Of a stretch of 64,000 bases of DNA, positions 53,829-61,111 are shown in pieces. The stretch is from an uncultured Bifidobacterium sp. (lineage in GTDB: Bacteria > Actinomycetota > Acidimicrobiia > Acidimicrobiales > Ilumatobacteraceae). The notes under the pieces were generated by a model that was given only the letters and a program-made list of their open reading frames with translations, was not told the DNA's origin and ran no database searches. The position numbers were made by a program, and so were the translations under genes. Each line of letters opens with the position of its first letter. Within the stretch, counting starts at the first letter, position 1. Where the stretch lies: assembly GCA_964556145.1 (NCBI GenBank), contig CAZKVD010000001.1, forward strand, positions 8,379-72,378, read 5' to 3'.

Positions 53829-54520
53829 GCTCGACGGTTCTGGCGGCAAGTGCATTCGGTGGTGCGGCGTCGTTGGGTGCGGTGCAACTTGCGCCCTTCG
53901 TTCGCCGGCGCATCCACGGTCGGCCCACGAACCCGGTCGACCGCATCAAGGCGATTCGTACCGAACGGGCGAGAAGCTCGGCGATCGAAGACCAGTTGGC
54001 GCCGGCCCTGCAATTGATCGTCGGCAACCTGCGCGTCGGGCGCAATGTCGTCGCTTCGTTTTCAGAAGTCGCAGAAGCCGTACCCGAACCACTGGGCGGA
54101 CTCTTGCGCGAGGTTGTGGCCGAGGCGAAGTTGGGCACGCCGGCCGGTGAAGTGTTGATGACGGTCGCCGAACGCGAGTCGAACCGGCACCTGGCGATCG
54201 TGGCATCGGCGCTCGTCCTCCACGGGCGCCACGGTGGATCTCTCGTTGAGATTCTCGAGACGGTCATCGAAACCGTCGAGGAAGAAGACCGTCTGCGGCG
54301 TGACCTGCGAAGCGTCACCGCAGACGGGCGACTGAGTGCCGTCGTGTTGTTGGCCATGCCTCCGGTCGTGCTCGTGTTCGTGTCGGCGATGAGTCCCGGC
54401 TACGCCGCCCCGTTGGTGACGACACCCCTTGGAATTGCGATGTCGGGGACCGCGGCCGTTCTTGGTGCGGTCGGCTGGCGGTGGCTGCACCGATTGGGCA
54501 ATCCGGAGATTGCGCTGTGA
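53825..54520 (+). CDS. tadB: TadB-like inner-membrane platform protein (T2SS-F family)
   Basis: 231 aa with TM helices at both ends and a cytoplasmic helical domain. Overlaps the tadA stop. Confidence 0.75.
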   Translation: MSSTVLAASAFGGAASLGAVQLAPFVRRRIHGRPTNPVDRIKAIRTERARSSAIEDQLAPALQLIVGNLRVGRNVVASFSEVAEAVPEPLGGLLREVVAEAKLGTPAGEVLMTVAERESNRHLAIVASALVLHGRHGGSLVEILETVIETVEEEDRLRRDLRSVTADGRLSAVVLLAMPPVVLVFVSAMSPGYAAPLVTTPLGIAMSGTAAVLGAVGWRWLHRLGNPEIAL

Positions 54521-55251
54521 GGGTTTTCGGGGCGGCTCTCATCGCCGTCGCGGTGGTTGCGGCCATCAATGCGTTCGGCGTGCCCAGACGGATCCGCAGT
54601 GGCACACGTTGGTTTCGGGTGTCGGTCATCGGCAATCGCAAGCGTGAGTCGGCATCGGTCAGTGCGCTCGGCGCGATACTCGGGCTTGGATTCGTCGCGG
54701 CCAGGCCGAATGTCGGCACGGTCGCAGCGGCCTCGATGATGGCGGCGGCAGGTTGGCAGATTCCCCTCATCCGCGCGCGGTCACGCGAGGAGTTGCGCCG
54801 CAAGCGTTTCGATCTCGAACTGTCCGATGCCCTGGGGGAGATGGTGATGGGCGTCGAGGCTGGGCTCACCCTTGAGGCTGTCATGAATCTCTACGCTCGT
54901 GCGCACCAATCCGAGCTCTCCGCCGAATTCGCGCGTGTCATTGATCTGGTGGGTCTCGGCGCAACGCGAAGTGCCGCACTCGACGAGTTCCGCACGCGCA
55001 CACCAACGCCGTTCGTTTCGATGTTCGTTTCTGCCGTGCAGCAGAATCAACGACTCGGGACCCCGCTCGCAACCGTGCTGCGTCAACAGGGAAGAACCGC
55101 ACGTCGCCGACGCCAACAAGCGGTCGAGGAGTACTCGGCGAAGCTGTCGCTGAAGATGATCTTTCCCACTGTCTTCTGTGTTCTTCCGGTGCTACTTATC
55201 GTCATCGTCGGACCGGCAGTGATACGCGTCATCGAGTCGTGGCCAAAGTGA
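54517..55251 (+). CDS. tadC: TadC-like inner-membrane platform protein (T2SS-F family)
   Basis: ORF 54481..55251. GTG 54517 overlaps the tadB stop (GTGA). C-terminal KMIFPTVFCVLPVLLIVIVGP. Confidence 0.75.
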   Translation: MRVFGAALIAVAVVAAINAFGVPRRIRSGTRWFRVSVIGNRKRESASVSALGAILGLGFVAARPNVGTVAAASMMAAAGWQIPLIRARSREELRRKRFDLELSDALGEMVMGVEAGLTLEAVMNLYARAHQSELSAEFARVIDLVGLGATRSAALDEFRTRTPTPFVSMFVSAVQQNQRLGTPLATVLRQQGRTARRRRQQAVEEYSAKLSLKMIFPTVFCVLPVLLIVIVGPAVIRVIESWPK

Positions 55252-55296
55252 CGGCTGTCAGTCGTGAGCGGCTGATTTGACTTCTACTTTGCCCGT

Positions 55297-55890
55297 ATGG
55301 ACACATTCAGAAAAATCTCAATCACGTTTATCGCATCCGTCGCAGTTCTTGGAACGGCCGGTGGTGTCGATGCAGCCAAGAAGTCGGGCGCAATGTGCGC
55401 GAATCGCGCGGCGACAATCACTTCGTCGAATGCAACCATTTACGGGACCGAATCCAGCGACGTGATCGTCGTGACGGGAGGAGGAAAACACACGATTCAG
55501 GCACTCGGTGGTGACGACATCATCTGTGGGTCGAGTGGCACCGACATTGTCTACGGCGGTCACGGCAACGATCGAATCGACGGCAGGGGCGGCAACGACG
55601 ATCTCGACGGCGATCTTGGCGACGACATCATTCTCGGCAACAACGGCAAGGATTCAATCAGCGGCGGCGATGGCCGCGACTATCTCTTTGGTCTGAACGA
55701 CAACGACGACATCACCGGTGACTCCGGCGACGACGTGATCTTTGGGGGAAACGGTAGTGATGACCTTGCTGGGAGCGCGGGTGTCGACTTGATTGTCGGC
55801 GGGGAAGGTGACGACACCATCATCGAAGAAGTCGGTGTCGACATCGTGTTCGATCCCGAGCCGCGCGGGTTGGACTTCAGGTCGAAGTGA
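55297..55890 (+). CDS. secreted calcium-binding beta-roll (RTX-type GGxGxD repeat) protein
   Basis: N-terminal signal peptide (ASVAVLGTAGGVDAA). At least 8 nonapeptide repeats such as GGHGNDRID, GRGGNDDLD and GGDGRDYLF. Confidence 0.8.
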   Translation: MDTFRKISITFIASVAVLGTAGGVDAAKKSGAMCANRAATITSSNATIYGTESSDVIVVTGGGKHTIQALGGDDIICGSSGTDIVYGGHGNDRIDGRGGNDDLDGDLGDDIILGNNGKDSISGGDGRDYLFGLNDNDDITGDSGDDVIFGGNGSDDLAGSAGVDLIVGGEGDDTIIEEVGVDIVFDPEPRGLDFRSK

Positions 55891-56543
55891 GGAAGGTCGC
55901 GCTCCTACTTGCCGTCGTCGTCCTGCCGGCACCGCTTCTTGTGGGTGCCGGCGGGACGGTGCGGTCTCCCGCCAAACTTCCGAAGATCTATTGCGGCGGG
56001 CGTTTGGCAACCGTCGCGTCGAATGCGGGAACGATCTACGGAACCGAGGGTGACGACGTGATCGTTGCCGTTGGTTCGAATCCGCACACGATTCGTGCAC
56101 TCGCGGGCAACGACATCGTCTGCGGAGGTTCGGGAGTCGATGCGATTTACGGCGGTGATGGGCGAGACCGAATCGACGGGCGCCAGGGCGACGATCGAAT
56201 CGAGGGTGGCCCGGGTGACGACGTTGTCTACGGCAACACAGGTAGCGACACGCTCGTTGGGGGCGACGGCCGCGATTACATCTTCGGTTTGAACGGCAAC
56301 GATGTTGCATCGGGCAACACGGGCGACGACGTCATCCTCGGGGGTCAGGGCAACGACCTTCTCGCCGGTGGTGCCGGCACCGACACCATCTACGGGGGCC
56401 CGGGACGCGACAACGTGATTGCCGACGATCCGCAGGACTTTGCATTCGACGACGAGCCCGTCGGGCTTGGCGTTGAGATCGGTGGTGACGTTCGTGTCAG
56501 GACATCATCTGGCGATCGAGAATCGAATACACCCGCTTGGTGA
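55887..56543 (+). CDS. secreted calcium-binding beta-roll (RTX-type repeat) protein, paralog of the preceding gene
   Basis: The GTG overlaps the upstream stop. Has a signal peptide and the same domain layout (TIYGTEGDDVIVA..., GGDGRDRIDG..., GGDGRDYIFG...). Confidence 0.8.
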   Translation: MRKVALLLAVVVLPAPLLVGAGGTVRSPAKLPKIYCGGRLATVASNAGTIYGTEGDDVIVAVGSNPHTIRALAGNDIVCGGSGVDAIYGGDGRDRIDGRQGDDRIEGGPGDDVVYGNTGSDTLVGGDGRDYIFGLNGNDVASGNTGDDVILGGQGNDLLAGGAGTDTIYGGPGRDNVIADDPQDFAFDDEPVGLGVEIGGDVRVRTSSGDRESNTPAW

Positions 56544-56907
56544 AGTACCAGCGGCCGTCTTTTTTGACGTATTCGTCCTCGTATCGACCCGTCACGTTCA
56601 TCTTCCCGCCGGCCTCGAGGTGAAGGAATTCTTGTTGGTACCAGGTTCCCTTGGCTGTGTCGCCGGTGACGATGATCGGACCCGCCGACGCGAAGAAGCC
56701 GACGAACGAAAACGCCGACATCGATTCTTGCCACATCGGGAAGAAGTTCGACTTGCCCTGAACCTCGCGGCCAGGCAGTGACCATGTGGCGTCGTCGGTC
56801 CAGTTCGACTGCCACGCCTCGCCGTCGAAGCGCATGACGGCGTCGTTGTACGACTCGACGAGTTCACGGATGGCGAGACGGTCTTCGATGGGGCCTTGGC
56901 TGATCAT
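56497..56907 (-). CDS. SnoaL-like / NTF2-fold protein
   Basis: ORF 56497..57093, start taken at MISQGPIEDRLAIRELVESYNDAV. C-terminal DGRWYFTKR. Confidence 0.7.
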   Translation of the reverse strand: MISQGPIEDRLAIRELVESYNDAVMRFDGEAWQSNWTDDATWSLPGREVQGKSNFFPMWQESMSAFSFVGFFASAGPIIVTGDTAKGTWYQQEFLHLEAGGKMNVTGRYEDEYVKKDGRWYFTKRVYSILDRQMMS

Positions 56908-56934
56908 GCTTCGGGATGGTAGTAGGTTGCCGAC

Positions 56935-57225
56935 ATGATCCGAGTCAGCGTTCTCTATCCGAAGACCGACGGTGCCACGTTCGACCACGACTACTACCGC
57001 ACGACGCACGTACCCATGGCAGTCAACGGTTGGAAACCCGCCCGCACCGAGATCGACAAAGGCCTCGACGGCCCGTACGAGGCCGCGGTTCACTTCTTCT
57101 TCGAGACAGCCGATCGGTTCCAGGCGTGCATGGGAATGCCCGTCACCGGCGAGCTCATGGCCGACCTGCCGAACTACACCACGATTCAGGCACAGATTCA
57201 GGTTTCAGAAGTCGTCGAATCCTGA
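56935..57225 (+). CDS. EthD-family protein
   Basis: 96 aa. MIRVSVLYPKTDGATFDHDYYRTTHVPM is characteristic of the EthD/TIGR02118-type family. Confidence 0.75.
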   Translation: MIRVSVLYPKTDGATFDHDYYRTTHVPMAVNGWKPARTEIDKGLDGPYEAAVHFFFETADRFQACMGMPVTGELMADLPNYTTIQAQIQVSEVVES

Positions 57226-57242
57226 TCCCGCGCCAGCGCTCC

Positions 57243-58325
57243 TCAATGCGAGTGCGAGCCACAGATGTCGACACGCTCATCGGTCGGCACGGCCGCTTGG
57301 CCCTCGGCCAGGCCTTCGACCGCCGCGAACGGTCCGCACGGATGGGGCACAACCCACACGTGAACCATCGGAATCCGGACGTTCGCGCGGCGTGATCCCG
57401 CGGGGCATTCTTCGTTGCCGTCGGTGATGCCGGTGATGGACGGGCGCAAATCATCGCCCAACTTCCAGCACAAGTTGTCGTGGATGTGCCACTGCATCAG
57501 CGGCCCGGCGTAGTCGGTGAGTTCCGCATCGTCGATTCCCGTGCCGAGATTGGCCATGTACATCGCCGACACCAGAATGCGTGTGTCGCCGTACACCTTG
57601 TAGACGATCGACTCGGGGGCTTCGGAGTCGAGAAACTTGCCGTCGATCAGCTTCATCGGGTTGACGAAGTGTTCGTAGCCCGTTCGTTCGTCGCCGATCG
57701 ATGTCCAGCCCTCGTCCTGTGCAACGCGATGGTCGCTCCAGCGCATCAGATCGCGCTGGGTGTCGAGCACCAACTGTCGGGCGCGGTCCTCTTGTTCGGG
57801 GCTGACACCGTCGACGCCGTCTATGTCGATGCCGATACCCGGAAAGTACGGGCGTGGCCAGGCGGTAGCGGACGATCCGTGGTCGTGCCCCGACGCGGTG
57901 ATCATTGCCGGCACGGCAAGAATCACGGCAAGCCCGACGGCCGACGTGCGTTCAAGGGTCAAGCGTGTCGCCAGCCGGGGTGCGACCGCAAAGGTCACTG
58001 CGAGTGCAGCGAGTATCGCGCACAGCAGGTCGGTTGTCTGCACGCTCTCGGCGGTCTGAAGACCGTCGACAAAACCAATGCCGACGGTCTTGGTCGCAAT
58101 CCAACCTGCAACCGACACGCCATTGACCAACCCGACGAGGAGGTCGAGCCTTTTTGTCGACACGACCACCGAAAGCACGCCGACGACCACTTGTGTGATG
58201 GCGAGAATCGCAAAGGTACGCGCCGAGGCCGGATGTTCGGTGTGGAGTCCAACGGCCACGCCGTGCACGAGGCCCGATGCAATCGAGAAATACCCCGCAA
58301 GTTTCACCGGCGTTGTGTCGCTCAT
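57243..58325 (-). CDS. integral membrane protein with a His/Cys-containing extracytoplasmic C-terminal domain, unknown function
   Basis: ORF 57243..58382, start taken at MSDTTPVKL. About 5 TM helices are followed by a soluble domain of about 200 aa (GHDHG, WHIHDNLCW, ...CGSHSH end). Confidence 0.55.
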   Translation of the reverse strand: MSDTTPVKLAGYFSIASGLVHGVAVGLHTEHPASARTFAILAITQVVVGVLSVVVSTKRLDLLVGLVNGVSVAGWIATKTVGIGFVDGLQTAESVQTTDLLCAILAALAVTFAVAPRLATRLTLERTSAVGLAVILAVPAMITASGHDHGSSATAWPRPYFPGIGIDIDGVDGVSPEQEDRARQLVLDTQRDLMRWSDHRVAQDEGWTSIGDERTGYEHFVNPMKLIDGKFLDSEAPESIVYKVYGDTRILVSAMYMANLGTGIDDAELTDYAGPLMQWHIHDNLCWKLGDDLRPSITGITDGNEECPAGSRRANVRIPMVHVWVVPHPCGPFAAVEGLAEGQAAVPTDERVDICGSHSH

Positions 58326-58399
58326 GGTTGCCATTCTTACCGCGGCATGGTCGGTTGTTTCGCGGGAACGACGGCACCACACGGGCTAGGTTGCGACCC

Positions 58400-58795
58400 G
58401 TGGGGGCAGACAAGGCGGTGTTCCGGCGGGCAAGCGATTGTCCGACCGAGTCGTGGAAAGACGACATCACGGGTCATGTTGATTGGTGGACGCTCTTCAG
58501 CGCCGACCGCACAGCGACGAATTCGCTGACGGTTGGAATTGCCGAGGTGCCGGTCGGTGCACCGCGACCCCCTCGTGGACACACTCACCAACAAGCCGAG
58601 GTGTACTACTTCCTCTCGGGGGTGGGTGAGGTTGTCGTCGACGGCGAGGTCACCCCGGTTGCTGCCGGTGATGCGGTGTTCATTGCAGGCAACGTCGAGC
58701 ACATGGCGGTGAACACGGGAAACGAACCGCTTCGGCTCTTCTATTTCTTTGCGGCCGATTCGTTTGGTGACATCGTCTACGAGTTTCCCGATTGA
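58400..58795 (+). CDS. cupin-domain protein
   Basis: ORF 58277..58795, GTG 58400. Cupin motifs GHTHQQAEVYYFLSG and GNVEHMAVN. Confidence 0.75.
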   Translation: MGADKAVFRRASDCPTESWKDDITGHVDWWTLFSADRTATNSLTVGIAEVPVGAPRPPRGHTHQQAEVYYFLSGVGEVVVDGEVTPVAAGDAVFIAGNVEHMAVNTGNEPLRLFYFFAADSFGDIVYEFPD

Positions 58796-58839
58796 TACGC
58801 ACGGGAAGCGCCGAAGAAGCGATCGGCTACCTTGGCGTG

Positions 58840-60966
58840 ATGACGAAAAGCCTGCACCCGGTCGATTCACCGCAAGTTGTCCGATCGGCTCATCGTCGCG
58901 CACTTCATGGCGCTCTCATGGTGTTCGTTGCAGTCGCGGCATTGGCAGCATGCGGCGGTGGCTCCGGCGAGTCGGGTAGCGGTTTCGACTGGGCAAAGGA
59001 ATGCGCCAAGGCGGCAGAGTCGGGTCTGCCGACGTCGTCACAGATCTGTGCCGACTCGGGTCTGCGGCCGGGTGACGACGGCTTCTCCTTCGAGAACTGG
59101 GGCGGCCCGGTGGCGGAAGATGCCGTCACGGTGACGACCGCCGTCGCAGTCTTTGGTCAGGAAGGAACATGTGCGCGCCTCGAGGGCGATGCATGCATCC
59201 CATTTCCTGCAGTGCAGCAATGGATTGACCAGACCAACCTCAGCATCGAGGGCGGACGGTGCGAGGGGATGGCGGTTCTCAGCCAGCGCATCAACGACGA
59301 AATGAACGCTCCCGGCGACTTCCAGGAGACGGCAACGCGAACGTTCGACCTGCAAAAGCCGTCGGTCCCGGTTGCGGGTTCGATCTCGCGTTGGTGGGTG
59401 ACGCAGACGCTGCCGAGCGTTGCCGAAGCGAATGCCCGTGCACAGGCGATGGAGCCAACGAAGATCGCCACGAACATTGCGAAGGCACTTCGCGCGAAGC
59501 AGGGCGTGACACTGGGTATGTACGCCAACGGAATGGGCCACGCGGTCACACCGGTTGCGGTGACGTGGTCCGATGGTGGCGCCATCGAAGTTCTCCTCTA
59601 CGACAACAACTATCCGGGGGAGATCACCGCGCTCACCATTGACTCCGAAACCGAAACGTGGACCTACGACGTCGGCGCCGCCAATGCAGGTGAAGCCGGT
59701 GCGATCTGGACCGGAACCACCGGATCAATGGACTACACCCTGATGGCCGACCGCGAGGGCGAGCAGAAAGTTCCGTGGTCCGATGACGACCGAGCCGGTG
59801 AGGCGAAGGGTTCGGCGCGGATCACCGTTACGACAGGCGGCAGATCCATTTCAGGTGTCATCGTCACACTCGGCGACAAGGTCGTCGACTCGCGTGATCT
59901 CACCTCGGCGACCGGCGGTATCAGGATCTTCCCGTCGCGCGGCGGCCTGGGCACCGGTGCAACAGTCGAGATTCCTGCCGGCCTCGCCGACCTCAAGGTG
60001 AAGCCGGTCATCGGCGAGGTTCTCGACCCTGCAGCAGGCGACATCGACCTGATCTTCGCCGTCGATTCTCCGGGACCCGGTTCGGTGATCGTGCGCGACC
60101 AAGTCGACCCGGCTGACGGCGAGTACGACGACTTCACGCTCGAGCTCTCGACCGACGACGACTTCGAGTCGAACATCGACGTGGCCGCCGACGCCGACGT
60201 CGAAGCCGGATATGCATTCGAGGAAGAGAGCATCGAGGCAGTGCTCGAAGACGGTCAAGACCTCGACATCGGCGATGCCACCGAAGAGGGCTCGATCGAC
60301 GTCTCGATCACCGACGAGTCGGGCGCCGAGCTCTACTCAGTCGACTTCGACGGCGAAGCCGAAGGCGACGAACTCGTCTCGGCAGAGATCGACATCAACG
60401 AAGAGACGGGCGAAGCCGAGATCACCGAGGTTCCCATCGGAGCCGAGGCACTGGACGACACGATCCTTGCTCTCGCCGAAGCTGATGCCGAAGCGTTCGA
60501 AGAACGCGAAGCCGCCGCCGAGGAAGCCTCTGCCGATTCGGATCCAACAGCCGACACGACCAATGCCGGCGAAGCCCCGGGTTCCACCGACGACGACGGG
60601 TCCCCAACATCCGATGGTGGTGGCTCGCCCGACGGTTCGACGAATGACGATGGCTCGTCCGGCAATTCATCGAACGACGGTGGTTCGGGCACCGATTCAT
60701 CGAACGACGGCGGCTCGGGAGATGAATCGCCGGACAGCGGTGGTTCGGGCGGAAGCACCAGTAGCGACGATGATTCACCGGCGACCACTGCGGCGCGCAG
60801 CAACAATGACGACGATGATTCACCGGCGACCACTGCGGCGCCCAGCAACAATGACGACGATGATTCACCGGCGACCACTGCGGCGCCCAGCAACAATGAC
60901 GACGATGATTCGCCACAGCCACCGGCCCCGCCCGCATCGGATGACTCGGGTGGCGCGGGTAGCTAG
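58840..60966 (+). CDS. lipoprotein with an N-terminal globular domain, a hyper-acidic region and a low-complexity repeat tail
   Basis: ORF 58792..60966, start taken at MTKSLHP. Lipobox AALAAC. The C-terminal half has about 300 aa rich in D/E, followed by S/G/D/N/T-rich repeats. Confidence 0.75.
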   Translation: MTKSLHPVDSPQVVRSAHRRALHGALMVFVAVAALAACGGGSGESGSGFDWAKECAKAAESGLPTSSQICADSGLRPGDDGFSFENWGGPVAEDAVTVTTAVAVFGQEGTCARLEGDACIPFPAVQQWIDQTNLSIEGGRCEGMAVLSQRINDEMNAPGDFQETATRTFDLQKPSVPVAGSISRWWVTQTLPSVAEANARAQAMEPTKIATNIAKALRAKQGVTLGMYANGMGHAVTPVAVTWSDGGAIEVLLYDNNYPGEITALTIDSETETWTYDVGAANAGEAGAIWTGTTGSMDYTLMADREGEQKVPWSDDDRAGEAKGSARITVTTGGRSISGVIVTLGDKVVDSRDLTSATGGIRIFPSRGGLGTGATVEIPAGLADLKVKPVIGEVLDPAAGDIDLIFAVDSPGPGSVIVRDQVDPADGEYDDFTLELSTDDDFESNIDVAADADVEAGYAFEEESIEAVLEDGQDLDIGDATEEGSIDVSITDESGAELYSVDFDGEAEGDELVSAEIDINEETGEAEITEVPIGAEALDDTILALAEADAEAFEEREAAAEEASADSDPTADTTNAGEAPGSTDDDGSPTSDGGGSPDGSTNDDGSSGNSSNDGGSGTDSSNDGGSGDESPDSGGSGGSTSSDDDSPATTAARSNNDDDDSPATTAAPSNNDDDDSPATTAAPSNNDDDDSPQPPAPPASDDSGGAGS
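60766..60914 (+). repeat. 3.3 copies of a 45-bp in-frame tandem repeat (DDDSPATTAA(R/P)SNND)
   Basis: Read directly from the sequence. Units are 60766-60810, 60811-60855 and 60856-60900. Units 2 and 3 are identical, unit 1 differs at one base, and a partial fourth unit follows. Confidence 0.9.
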
Positions 60967-61111
60967 AACGCGAGCGACGACAGAACGATCAGTTCAACAC
61001 CCCCGTGACCGCGTCCACATTGGAGGCGTCACCTGAATCAGGCGGGTGGCGCCGGAGAACAATTGAATGTAAATTCACCCTCGTTCGGCGAGTCGAGCCA
61101 GAGGGGGAGTC

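Noticed and set aside
56073-56083. GGTTCGAATCC, a tRNA T-arm-like motif
   Set aside because: The flanking bases (cgttg / cgcac) cannot form a T-stem or an acceptor stem. The motif lies inside the second RTX-repeat CDS (VGSNPH), so it is not a tRNA.
55297-56543. Interpretation of the RTX-repeat genes as type I-secreted RTX toxins
   Set aside because: The proteins are small (about 200 aa) and have N-terminal Sec-type signal peptides. No ABC/MFP/TolC-type T1SS genes are nearby.
60766-60914. Possible CRISPR-like or minisatellite array (45-bp repeats), and likewise the 15-bp repeats at 36838-36897
   Set aside because: The repeats are directly adjacent with no spacers, in frame, and encode low-complexity peptide repeats inside clear CDSs. 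There are no cas genes, so these are coding tandem repeats and not CRISPR.
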